Shown: positions 29,694 through 38,805 of the stretch, in pieces
Numbering within the stretch: the first letter of the stretch is position 1
How the letters are laid out: each line of letters opens with the position of its first letter
Assembly: GCA_965204725.1 (NCBI GenBank)
Contig: OZ242005.1
Location: 1,824,001-1,888,000 of the forward strand
Reading direction: 5' to 3'
Origin: Candidatus Latescibacterota bacterium
GTDB taxonomy: Bacteria > Latescibacterota > UBA2968 > UBA8231
Length of the DNA: 64,000 nucleotides
Notes under the pieces: generated by a model
Database searches by the model: none
The model's input: only the letters and a program-made list of their open reading frames with translations
What the model was told of the DNA's origin: nothing
Made by a program: the position numbers and the translations under genes

Positions 29694-30800
29694 TCAAGAG
29701 ACGGTTTCGCTTTTCCGAACATAGCGCACCAGTGCTTCTTCGTCCAGCACGCAACCCAATCCCGGCTGCATGGGCGTGGGCACGTACCCATCGACAAACG
29801 GGATCGGCTCGACGATTAGGTCGTCCTCGCGGGTCCAGCTCCCCACAAAATCCGAGGCCATCGTGCAGTTGGGCGCGGCCGCGGCCGCGTGGATATACGC
29901 GGTATCGACGATGCCCAAGTCGTTGCCCGAGCCGTGCCAGCAACGCAGGCCGGCTGCGGCCGCTAGGGCCGCATTCTTCTGAAAGCCCACGAGGCTACCG
30001 CCCAAGTTCAGGCAATCAACGACCTCGGCCTTGATGGCGCGGACGATAGCCGGCCCGTTCCCCAAGTGCATGGCCACCGGCAGGTCAATCGCCTCGTGGA
30101 TCTGGACGTAGCCGGCTAAGTCGGACTTGGGGATGGGATCCTCAAAGACCTCGACATTGCCCACCTCTGCGAGCTGCTGCGCGAGCGCGATGGTCTGCTC
30201 GGCCGTGTGGAAGCGCTCGTTGGGATCCACGGTCACCTTAAAATCCACGCCGCCCACCGCACGCATGGCCTCCAGCCGCTCGACCATCGGCTCTTCAATT
30301 TTGCACTTGATCTTGACGCCTTTGAACCCGTGCGCGAGCGCCCGCTCAACCGCCCGCTTGCCGTCTTCCGGCGTCTGGTGCCCCATCCAATAGTCGGCCC
30401 GCACCCGGTCGCGCACCGCGCCGCCCAGCAGCGCATGTACGGGCACGGCGCGTGCCTTGCCCACCAAGTCGAAGATCGCCATCTCAAAGGCTTCATACGC
30501 CGGTCCGGCCCCCACGGTTGGCAACTCCTCGGTGCCGTCGTGGCGAGCGGCGAAAATATCCTGTAAGGTCCGGCACTCGGGGTCTCGGCCCAGCAGGCGG
30601 GCCGCTCCTTCCCGAACCTGCGCGACCGGCATGCCGCGCCCGGTCTCGCCCAAGCCCACCAACTCGGTATCCGTATTCAGGCGCACGAGGTGCTTGGGCA
30701 CTTGGTCCCATCCGGTCTCGGGCACCCACTCCGGGCTGTGTACCCGCCCGGGAATCGTCGGCACCACTACGGTCCAAATATCGACAGACGTTATTTTCAT
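29694..30800 (-). CDS. Mandelate racemase/muconate lactonizing enzyme family protein
   Basis: EMAIFDLVGK..PVHALLGG, KIK, DPN, EDP, PGLG. Confidence 0.9.
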   Translation of the reverse strand: MKITSVDIWTVVVPTIPGRVHSPEWVPETGWDQVPKHLVRLNTDTELVGLGETGRGMPVAQVREGAARLLGRDPECRTLQDIFAARHDGTEELPTVGAGPAYEAFEMAIFDLVGKARAVPVHALLGGAVRDRVRADYWMGHQTPEDGKRAVERALAHGFKGVKIKCKIEEPMVERLEAMRAVGGVDFKVTVDPNERFHTAEQTIALAQQLAEVGNVEVFEDPIPKSDLAGYVQIHEAIDLPVAMHLGNGPAIVRAIKAEVVDCLNLGGSLVGFQKNAALAAAAGLRCWHGSGNDLGIVDTAYIHAAAAAPNCTMASDFVGSWTREDDLIVEPIPFVDGYVPTPMQPGLGCVLDEEALVRYVRKSETVS

Positions 30801-30802
30801 AA

Positions 30803-30928
30803 TATAGCCGTCCTAAATGACTCGAAAGCATGGAATGTTGATCGGCCCGGTCTTTTTTGCCTCTGAGGCGTCATTTGTATGTTGCGTATTCCTTTCAGAT
30901 CGGCCACTCCCGCGAAAGCGGGAATCCA
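30803..30928. repeat. Intergenic REP/MITE-like element
   Basis: Begins with tatagccgtcctaaatgact (identical at 43057) and includes a tcccgc-gaaa-gcggga hairpin (30908-30923). Confidence 0.65.
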
Positions 30929-30954
30929 GTCTTGATGGTATCAAACTCGTCCTT

Positions 30955-32019
30955 TCACGGGATGAAGCTGGTCTTTTCATCGACAGCCAGCGCGAACTCA
31001 GCCAACAACTGGGCGGTGTGGTCCAAGTCGGCCCAAGACGCGATTTCGACCGGCGTGTGCATATAGCGCTGCGGCACGCTGACCAAGCCGGTGGCCACCC
31101 CGGCCCGACTGAGCTGGATGGCGTTGGCGTCCGTGCCCGTGCCCCCGGGGTCGGCTTGGATCTGATAGGGAATTTTCTTCTTTGTCGCCACCTGCACCAG
31201 CCGCTCGGACACGATCGGGTTGGCGTTGGCCCCGCGCAAAATGACCGGCCCTCCGCCCAGCTTGCACTCCCCGACTTGGCGCTTGTCGATGTCGGGATGA
31301 TCGGTGGCCCAAGTGACATCCACGGCAATACCCACCAGCGGATCGACTCCGTAGGCACTGGTCTTGGCCCCGCGGATCCCCACTTCCTCCTGCGCGGTGG
31401 CCACGGCGTACACTGCGGCTCGACACGTGCGCTTGGCGCGGCTCACCCGCCGGAGTGCCTCGGCGACCACCCAAGCCCCGGCCTTATTGTCAATTCCCCG
31501 CGACACCACCAGCCCGTTGCGTAGCTCCTCAAAGTTGGCGTCGTAGGTCGCCGGGTCGCCAATGGCCACTAATTGCCGCGCCTCGGCCTCGCTGGCCGCG
31601 CCGATATCGATCCACAAGTCGTGTTTGTCCGGTACTTTGGTCCGATCGGCCTGCTTCATCAGGTGAATGGGCTTTTTGCCCAACACGCCTAAGACCGGGC
31701 CTTGTGCGGTGTGGATGCGCACCTTGCGGCCGGGCACGAGTTGCAAGTCAAAGCCGCCGATGGTGTCGAAGTAGAGATAACCTTTGTCGTCGATGTAAAC
31801 GATCTGGAAACCCAGCTCGTCGGCGTGCCCGGCGAACATGATCTTGGGGCGACCGGCCTCGTTGTAGCTGCCAATGGTATTGCCGTGGACATCGACCTCG
31901 ACTCGGTCGGCGTATTTTTCTACCTCGGCTTTCCACACTGCCCGCACCGGCCCCTCGTACCCCGAAGGGCTGGGGGCGTGGAGCAGATCGACGAGAAATC
32001 GCTTGGATGCTGAACGCAT
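30955..32019 (-). CDS. M42 family metallopeptidase
   Basis: SPSGYE, GHADELG, DNKAG, QEEVG, VDVT, GTDA, RYMHTP. Confidence 0.95.
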   Translation of the reverse strand: MRSASKRFLVDLLHAPSPSGYEGPVRAVWKAEVEKYADRVEVDVHGNTIGSYNEAGRPKIMFAGHADELGFQIVYIDDKGYLYFDTIGGFDLQLVPGRKVRIHTAQGPVLGVLGKKPIHLMKQADRTKVPDKHDLWIDIGAASEAEARQLVAIGDPATYDANFEELRNGLVVSRGIDNKAGAWVVAEALRRVSRAKRTCRAAVYAVATAQEEVGIRGAKTSAYGVDPLVGIAVDVTWATDHPDIDKRQVGECKLGGGPVILRGANANPIVSERLVQVATKKKIPYQIQADPGGTGTDANAIQLSRAGVATGLVSVPQRYMHTPVEIASWADLDHTAQLLAEFALAVDEKTSFIP

Positions 32020-32042
32020 ATATCTCCTTGTTAGGTTTTAGG

Positions 32043-33491
32043 CTATGATGTTGGTTTGCGGAAGGTGCCGATGGCGCAGACCGCCGCGTTGACTACCAAA
32101 CCAATGACCCCGGCGTGAAAGCCCCAGACCATCGGCTTGCCCCCCAAGGTCAACCCCAGTGCCACCGCCAGCCCGCAGACCATGCCGACCAGCGCGGTCT
32201 GCGCCGCAAGCCGCTTCCAATACAGGCCCAAAAAAAAGCACGGCACAACTTGGATCAAGACCTCGAACTTGAGTTCCAACAGCCGCACCAACGTCGCCTC
32301 GGTGCCAATAGCCACGGCGACCAGCAAAGCGACGATGACCCACGAGCAGAGCTTGCCCACCTTCGTCAACTCGGCCTCGGTGGCCTGCGGCCGGAAATAC
32401 GGCAGGTAAATGTCCTTGGTGAACATCGACGAAATCGACAACAGCGCCGAGTCGGCCGTGGACATCAGCGCCGCTAGCACCGCGGCAAAGATCGCCACCA
32501 CCAGCCAGTAGCCCAGCGCGGAGTCGCCCATCACCAGCGCACAGAGCCGGGCCAGCACTTGGTCGCTTTCGGCTTTGCTCAGATCGGGCAACACCACCGC
32601 GGCCGTCAAGCCGCAAATGAGGGCTATCAAGGTCGTCGTGAGCGGCATAAAGGCCATCAGGGCCAGCGAGCGCTTGAGCACCGCGACCGAGCGGCTGGCG
32701 TAGAGCCGTTGGATCGCTTGCGGGTAAATGGCCGCTCCGCATCCCAAAAGCAGGGCGTAGCTGATCCACTTGTTGGCCCCCTCCAAGCTCGGCGCTTGGA
32801 CCTTGGGCGGATCCATTTCGCTCAGTTGGGCTACGACCTGCCCCAAGCCCCCCCCCAGCTTCTGCGGGATGAGGAAGGCCAAGATGCCAAAGCCCAGCAG
32901 CAACACACCCCCCTGCATCACATCCGTCCACGCCACCGAGCGCATTCCTCCCAAGGTCTCATAGACGACCATGATCACCGCCAAGCCGATAATGCCGTAG
33001 CTGCCTGGGACCGCGCCGTCGGTGATCCCCTCGACGGCCGCGCCCATCGCCTTGAGCTGGGCCAGCGCGTAATTGCCCAGCGCGTAGATCATCAAGGCCG
33101 TGCTCAACAGGGTCAGTGCCGACGAGCGGAAGCGGTGCGTAATGTAGTCGCCCGGGGTGATAAACCCCTCCCGCCGCGCCAGCGCGACCAAGCGCGGGGC
33201 AAAGAGCATGTAGCCGACGATGACCGAGAACATAAAGAGCACCGACGCCGTCCACTCGAAGCCGATGCGGTAGGTCTTGCCCGTGTAGCCAAAGAGCGTG
33301 TTGCCGCTGTACTGGGTTGCATACAGCGTCAAAAAGAGCACCAGCAGGCCCATTGAGCGCCCGGCCAGATAGAAGTCGGCCATGCTGTTGGAGCGGCGGC
33401 GCGTGCGCGCAATCCACCCCACGCCGATCATCGAGACCAAGTACAGCCCCACTGCGATGAGTGCGCCCGGACCAAACACCATGCCGCCCAT
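32043..33491 (-). CDS. Sodium:solute symporter family protein
   Basis: DFYLAGRSMG, GGMRSVAWTD, AALMSTADS; many TM helices. Confidence 0.95.
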   Translation of the reverse strand: MGGMVFGPGALIAVGLYLVSMIGVGWIARTRRRSNSMADFYLAGRSMGLLVLFLTLYATQYSGNTLFGYTGKTYRIGFEWTASVLFMFSVIVGYMLFAPRLVALARREGFITPGDYITHRFRSSALTLLSTALMIYALGNYALAQLKAMGAAVEGITDGAVPGSYGIIGLAVIMVVYETLGGMRSVAWTDVMQGGVLLLGFGILAFLIPQKLGGGLGQVVAQLSEMDPPKVQAPSLEGANKWISYALLLGCGAAIYPQAIQRLYASRSVAVLKRSLALMAFMPLTTTLIALICGLTAAVVLPDLSKAESDQVLARLCALVMGDSALGYWLVVAIFAAVLAALMSTADSALLSISSMFTKDIYLPYFRPQATEAELTKVGKLCSWVIVALLVAVAIGTEATLVRLLELKFEVLIQVVPCFFLGLYWKRLAAQTALVGMVCGLAVALGLTLGGKPMVWGFHAGVIGLVVNAAVCAIGTFRKPTS

Positions 33492-33730
33492 CAGTCTTGC
33501 TCCTCTGCGTCAATCCAGTAGCGATGGATCACCCAGCCTGTCCAAGCGGCCAACAGCACCACCGCCCCCAGCGACACGGCCACCCACAGCGGAAAGCCCA
33601 ACACCAGCGGCCCCCGATACCCCTCGGGCCAGTACCAAGGCACGGCCAGCGCGTAGAGCAGCAAATAGACGATCCAGACGTAGCCGACTTTGCGCGGCTC
33701 CGAGATGAGTTGTTCTTGCGAGTCATTCAT
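33491..33730 (-). CDS. Small two-TM symporter accessory protein (DUF3311/DUF997-like)
   Basis: VPWYWP...LGFPLW, immediately upstream of the symporter (TGATG overlap). Confidence 0.75.
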   Translation of the reverse strand: MNDSQEQLISEPRKVGYVWIVYLLLYALAVPWYWPEGYRGPLVLGFPLWVAVSLGAVVLLAAWTGWVIHRYWIDAEEQD

Positions 33731-33740
33731 AATGAGCAAA

Positions 33741-34955
33741 TCAAAGCGCAGACACCGGAATTGACAAGGCCGCTTCCGCCAGCGGCAGCGATTGTGCAGC
33801 CAAACAGACCACGCCGCCGCATCCTACGGGTCGGTTTAATTTTTTCAGTGCTTGGAAGTGGCGGACGTGGTTTTTATTAGGCGAAGCGGTCTTTTTGAAC
33901 TCCAGCGGATAAATAGTGCCGTCCTGCAGCACGAGCAGATCAATTTCTTTGCCATCTCGGTCCCGATAATAATAGAATGGGGCTAGGCGACCGTTGTGCC
34001 GGTAGCTTTTCAGCAGTTCGCTCACGATCCAAGACTCCAAGATGGGGCCGGACAGGGCCCCGGCTTCTAGGGTCTCCGGGCTGGCCCACTCGGTCAGGTA
34101 GGCGCACAGCCCGGTATCGACAAAATAGAGCTTGGGGCTTCTCACCAGCCGCTTGGTGAGGTTGGTATAATACGGCTCCAAAAGATAGACCATTCCAGAA
34201 GCCTGTAAAATCGAAAGCCATGTTTTTGCGGTATTGGGAGCGACATCGGCATCGCGCGCCAAGTCCGAAAGGTTTAGCATTTGTCCGGTTCGGGCCGCCG
34301 CGGCCCTCAGAAAGCGGAGAAAGGCCAGCTCATCGCCCACTCGGGCGAGGTCGCGAATATCGCGCTGGAGGTAAGTCTGCACGTAGGCGCTATAAAAAAG
34401 GCCCCAATCCATTTGCTCATCCAGCGCAATGGCGGGAAAATCGCCGCGCCATATATGCCGGTAGAGTTCCTTTAAGCCGAGCGAGCCGCCCGTGCGGACC
34501 CTATCGCCCACAGCGTCGGGGGTCGGCAAAAACGGCGCAGCAGGCCCTCTGCCCATTCGCTCGCGCCTCGAAAGCCCCAAAAGCTGCACGATGCCCACTC
34601 GCCCGGCCAAGGATTCGGACACGCCTTGCATCAGGTGAAAGTGCTGGGAACCTGTAAGCCAAAACTGACCGGGCGTCCGCTGTCGATCTACGGCCATTTT
34701 GATATAGGGCAGCAGTTGTGGAGCGTATTGGATTTCGTCGATGAGGACCGGCGGCGCGAACCGCTGCATGAACAGGGCGGGGTCCTCCCTAGCCAAGCTC
34801 TGGACTAGGGGATCGTCTAAGGTGACGTAAGTGCGGTCTGATTGGCTTGCATGTTGCAACAGGGTCGTCTTGCCGACCTGTCTGGCCCCGCAGACCATGA
34901 GAACGGGAAATCGGCAAGACGCAACAAAGGCTTCGAGCGTTCGGGAGACGTACAT
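33741..34955 (-). CDS. AAA_14 ATPase with DUF4143 domain
   Basis: GARQVGKT, IDEIQ, LTGS, ESLAGR, SPKLYFVDTG, YYRDRDGKEID...EFK (PD-(D/E)xK-like tail); ATG at 34955. Confidence 0.92.
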   Translation of the reverse strand: MYVSRTLEAFVASCRFPVLMVCGARQVGKTTLLQHASQSDRTYVTLDDPLVQSLAREDPALFMQRFAPPVLIDEIQYAPQLLPYIKMAVDRQRTPGQFWLTGSQHFHLMQGVSESLAGRVGIVQLLGLSRRERMGRGPAAPFLPTPDAVGDRVRTGGSLGLKELYRHIWRGDFPAIALDEQMDWGLFYSAYVQTYLQRDIRDLARVGDELAFLRFLRAAAARTGQMLNLSDLARDADVAPNTAKTWLSILQASGMVYLLEPYYTNLTKRLVRSPKLYFVDTGLCAYLTEWASPETLEAGALSGPILESWIVSELLKSYRHNGRLAPFYYYRDRDGKEIDLLVLQDGTIYPLEFKKTASPNKNHVRHFQALKKLNRPVGCGGVVCLAAQSLPLAEAALSIPVSAL

Positions 34956-34966
34956 GCTGACCTCAA

Positions 34967-35019
34967 ATCGGCTAATTTGCAATCTCACTGCAAATTAGCC
35001 GATAATCGGGTGCTGTCAA
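34967..35019 (-). promoter_or_regulatory. Sigma70-like promoter overlapped by a perfect 15-bp palindromic operator
   Basis: Minus-strand TTGACA (35019-35014), 16 nt, TAATTT; inverted repeat atcggctaatttgca-N7-tgcaaattagccgat (34967-35003). Confidence 0.6.
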
Positions 35020-35060
35020 GGCGATGCTGTCGTGTACTTAGGGATTTCGCTCTGAAATGC

Positions 35061-36680
35061 TTATGGGGTAGTGCTCGTATAATTAAAATGCTCGGCAATG
35101 GCGTCCAATTTTTCGACTACTTCTGGGTGAATTTCCTCTTTTGTCATCTGTGCTGCAATCAGGTAATACTCGGTTTCTTTGACATCTAATCCCGCCTCAT
35201 TAAATATATTAGCAAGAACTTTTTTCGCCTTAGGCTCTAGTAGGTAAAGAGACGATTCAAAAGGGGCCTCGTAGAACACTGGGGGGAATTGTCTCTTCAT
35301 GTACACCCTTGCCTGATCTGCCGCTTGTTTTCCTCTGGTGCTCTCCACGAAACGAGAGATCGCTTCTGGGTGAATAAGATAACTTTCAATTTCGTACCGA
35401 TCCCAGTACAGGCGGCTCATGCCTTTGGGAAGCGTAGGTGTCTTGCTGTGATCTTTGCCATCACTATCGAGTAACTCCACTCCACGTAAGTCGGGAACCA
35501 TCAACTGCATAGCGGAAAAATGTTTTACAGCAGGCCATTCTTTTTCGGCAGTTTCCCGGCTAAACGGCTTTTCCAAAAATAGCAACAGAGAATGTCCCAA
35601 AATGCGCGCCCATTCCCTCAATATGGGAATGTCCGTAGGGCCTTCAACGTACAAAATTCTTGGCTTGGTCTCTGTCTCTGCAAGCATGATTTCTGTATTT
35701 TCCAGATATAAGGTATCCTTTAGTTTTTTATTCTTGACCTTCTTCAGTTCGTTGGCTAACAAGCGCAGGTTGTCTTGGTCGGCGGCGTTGATGAGTCGCT
35801 CTGAATGCGTGGCAATAATTAGTTGCGATCTGTTTTGGCGGGTATATTCACACAATTTGCAGTACATTTTGTCCTGCAACAAGATATGCAGATGTGCGTC
35901 CGGCTCATCAATGAGCACGATCGACGCTTCTTTGTACAGTATGGCAGCATAAACTAGCAACACCTGTAAGAAACCACTTGCTGCGCTACTCAGATCGTAA
36001 AATGGGCTTTGGGCTGAATGTCGGTAACGAGCAAGTATTTCCGCTGCGCCGCTTGGGGACCCCAATTCGTAATCAAAAAAAGAACGGACGACCTCCTGCA
36101 ATGCCTGCCACTTTTGGGGGTCTTGGCTGATGGCAAGTAGCAGATTGCGCAATACACTACCGGCTTGTGCCCGTGCAAGTTGTGCTGGAATCACTTCGGG
36201 ATTAAAAAATTTCTCTTTAATGTCTAGCCCTGAGAGGGGAGGGACATATATGGATATGAGAGGTTCACGAATGTATTGTTCTAGATCGTCCTCTTTCACC
36301 TTTTTCGCCGGACGGATAGCGGCTAACTCTTGTTCCTTATATAGGACTTCAAAACCGATGGTCCATTGGTCTGTATCCAGCCATAAGGAAGTAGGATGCT
36401 GAACATTTTTACTTGGCCACAAATGATCGAAATCCGCTAAGGGCACCGAGTGAAAATTTAACAAATTGAGGTTGATGCTTGGATAATTCTCGTCTTCCTC
36501 ACGTGCTAGGTCGGGCTTATTATTGGACCAATGGAAGGCGATCTCCGACCACGCGGCAATGGCTTGTAGAAGCGTCGTCTTACCGCAGTTGTTCGGCCCG
36601 GCAATGACGAGGTGATCTGGAAGTTCAAATTCCAAGTGCTCAAATTTCTTAAAATTTTTGATAACCACTTTGTTAATCAT
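35061..36680 (-). CDS. ABC-type ATPase + TOPRIM domain protein (OLD/AAA_15-like nuclease)
   Basis: IKNFK, Walker A GPNNCGKT, Walker B LIDEPDAHLH, ATHS; TOPRIM YVEGPTD, LDSD, EIESY; ATG at 36680. Confidence 0.85.
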   Translation of the reverse strand: MINKVVIKNFKKFEHLEFELPDHLVIAGPNNCGKTTLLQAIAAWSEIAFHWSNNKPDLAREEDENYPSINLNLLNFHSVPLADFDHLWPSKNVQHPTSLWLDTDQWTIGFEVLYKEQELAAIRPAKKVKEDDLEQYIREPLISIYVPPLSGLDIKEKFFNPEVIPAQLARAQAGSVLRNLLLAISQDPQKWQALQEVVRSFFDYELGSPSGAAEILARYRHSAQSPFYDLSSAASGFLQVLLVYAAILYKEASIVLIDEPDAHLHILLQDKMYCKLCEYTRQNRSQLIIATHSERLINAADQDNLRLLANELKKVKNKKLKDTLYLENTEIMLAETETKPRILYVEGPTDIPILREWARILGHSLLLFLEKPFSRETAEKEWPAVKHFSAMQLMVPDLRGVELLDSDGKDHSKTPTLPKGMSRLYWDRYEIESYLIHPEAISRFVESTRGKQAADQARVYMKRQFPPVFYEAPFESSLYLLEPKAKKVLANIFNEAGLDVKETEYYLIAAQMTKEEIHPEVVEKLDAIAEHFNYTSTTP

Positions 36681-37035
36681 GTTTGTTTGCCTCTGGTACA
36701 AAAAAGGGAGGGCTTTCACTCCAGACGATGCGCCCTTTTCGCAGCCAATAGTGGCAGCGGCAGGGCAAGCCGGTTACGTGAACTGAAGGTGATAGCGAAA
36801 TCTGTCCGTCCGCATGTTCTGTTATGCTCCACCGTTTGTCAACTTGGGGCGACACATCCAAGTGAACAACTTGTCGGCATGCCTTGCGAGGGCAGACAAT
36901 AGCCGCATAAAACGGGTGTTTGCGTCCGCCAATGATGTACACCGTATTTTTGTGGAGATCGTCCGGCAAATCTTCTACCCACTCAGTGCGGTAAGGACGG
37001 AAACGCGCCCATATATTGAAAATCCATCTAAACAT
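36673..37035 (-). CDS. DUF6527-like Cys/His protein
   Basis: VEDLPDDL...CPRKAC...W...SLSPSV...CRCHYWLRKGRIVW pattern. Confidence 0.75.
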   Translation of the reverse strand: MFRWIFNIWARFRPYRTEWVEDLPDDLHKNTVYIIGGRKHPFYAAIVCPRKACRQVVHLDVSPQVDKRWSITEHADGQISLSPSVHVTGLPCRCHYWLRKGRIVWSESPPFFVPEANKHD

Positions 37036-38419
37036 GGCTAGTGTTATTTTTTACGAGTAAACTCCTGTCTCCTGTTCCCATGTATCGTACCATCAATGGA
37101 TGTGGAACTCCCTCGTCCGCGGCGTTTTCATAGCATCCATGCACGAGGCGAAATCGTTGAGTCGAAAATTCGGCGTTGGCATCAAAGCGATAGGCATGAA
37201 TGCGGGCCATGAAATCGTTAAACGCCATACACGCCGCCTGCATGTTGACAGACATAACCGCCGGTTGTTCCTCGCCGACAGCGACTAAATAGCCGGCCAC
37301 GCGCTGTCGTTGGTAGTACGTCGGGTCTTCTCGCTGCCAAACTTCGGCCGTCACCTGTTCCATAGTGTACGCGCCGCGAGATAGCAGGCTTTCGCCTTCT
37401 GGATGAATGTAATGCGATACGGCATCGGCGGTGGTGATACCACCTTTACCGTCGGCTTCAAGATGGACTCCCACGTCAAAATAGGGAATCAGGTAAGCAC
37501 TTGCTAGGCAATCGAGGTGGTATCGTCCAAAGGCGGAATCCACGCAGCCGAAGATCACATCGCAATCTACTAAAGCGGCGACGACATCCGGTGAATCCGT
37601 CAATCCTTGGTACGCATCTACTTTGGTTCCCAAGCCGATCTTCTGAATAGCCCGTTCAATCGCCCCCACCTTTGGCTGCTGCTTGCGGGCGTCATCTATA
37701 GTACTGTTGATGAGGCGGTTCAGATTTTTCTCTTCTACTATATCATCGTCCACAAGGACCAACTCACGCACGCAATTACGCATGAGTAGTTCAATGATTA
37801 TGCTTCCCGTGCCTGAACAGCCCACAACCCCCACTCGCATAGTGTGCAATAAATCCAACGTGCCCTTGCCAAAGGTTTGCGCTAGCTTTTCTTGGTACGC
37901 TGTTTGGCTTCGGGATTTGTGGGCCTTCCAGATGTGGATATTATCGCCGACTGCGGCGACCGTTGGCATATCGGAGAACGTTCCACGTGCGTCCACTGTG
38001 CGGGCCGCGATCTGGCCATTCGACAACATAATGGCGGAGCCATTTGGTCGCCCGTCGTCAAACCAATTGCATACAGAAGAAAACAATTCTCGGTCGTTGC
38101 GGTCGTCAATTTTTGAAAACCGGCCACATCCTTTGGGATGGGAATGAATAGTGACTATAGACTGTTCGTCCCTGTCTATATTGCAGATTTTTCCTGGCGA
38201 CAGGCAGTCGCCAAAAGGCCAAGAGACAAAATTCTCTTTTCTCTCCGACAGATGATGTGGCGGACACAAAACATCCGCAACGATGAGGCGGCGATGCCTC
38301 TTCCCTGTCCCTTGGTTGCACAACAAAATGGCGGCGGCCTCCAGCCCGTCTCCAGGGAAAAGGTGGTTTTTAACCTCCTCATACCGACTCGCGGTCATAG
38401 TCAGGATAGTGGTTGTCAT
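37028..38419 (-). CDS. JAB/JAMM peptidase - ThiF/E1 adenylyltransferase fusion (BubCD-like)
   Basis: N-terminal E...HSHP...S..D JAMM motif; C-terminal VVGCSGTG, VDDD, NLNR, K, GCVDS..GR, DVG, GY...PAV. Confidence 0.9.
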   Translation of the reverse strand: MTTTILTMTASRYEEVKNHLFPGDGLEAAAILLCNQGTGKRHRRLIVADVLCPPHHLSERKENFVSWPFGDCLSPGKICNIDRDEQSIVTIHSHPKGCGRFSKIDDRNDRELFSSVCNWFDDGRPNGSAIMLSNGQIAARTVDARGTFSDMPTVAAVGDNIHIWKAHKSRSQTAYQEKLAQTFGKGTLDLLHTMRVGVVGCSGTGSIIIELLMRNCVRELVLVDDDIVEEKNLNRLINSTIDDARKQQPKVGAIERAIQKIGLGTKVDAYQGLTDSPDVVAALVDCDVIFGCVDSAFGRYHLDCLASAYLIPYFDVGVHLEADGKGGITTADAVSHYIHPEGESLLSRGAYTMEQVTAEVWQREDPTYYQRQRVAGYLVAVGEEQPAVMSVNMQAACMAFNDFMARIHAYRFDANAEFSTQRFRLVHGCYENAADEGVPHPLMVRYMGTGDRSLLVKNNTSHV

Positions 38420-38805
38420 CACTCGACTTCGGCTCTTAGCTCGTTTTTTACGTACTCAATATGACTGACGATGGAATCGACCCCCGGCTGCCATGAGTAA
38501 TGACGCGACCAACGCTGCCAAGTCTGACCAAAATGAGTCTCAGAGGCCAGAGTACCTATTGGTGATCCATTTGATTTGCCAAGCGGAGGCCAAAAGTAAA
38601 ACATGTCCAACATCGATCCGGGATAGCCGCTTGGAATGAGCACCATCAGCTTGGATTTTTCTACCGTGTAGCCTTTGGGAATGGGAAAGTCGTCAATGAG
38701 TAGGCCATACGTGCCGTTTCCCTCGGCGACCTTCTTCCATTTGGACGGATAACTCGCATCTAGATATTCGGTGTCCTCCGGCGGTAACTCGTAGAGATTA
38801 ACCAT
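38419..38805 (-). CDS. Prokaryotic E2/UBC-fold protein (family E, BubB-like)
   Basis: FPIPKGY...IPSGYP..MLDMFYFWP...WQRWSRH..W.PGVD; no Cys; ATG at 38805. Confidence 0.85.
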   Translation of the reverse strand: MVNLYELPPEDTEYLDASYPSKWKKVAEGNGTYGLLIDDFPIPKGYTVEKSKLMVLIPSGYPGSMLDMFYFWPPLGKSNGSPIGTLASETHFGQTWQRWSRHYSWQPGVDSIVSHIEYVKNELRAEVE

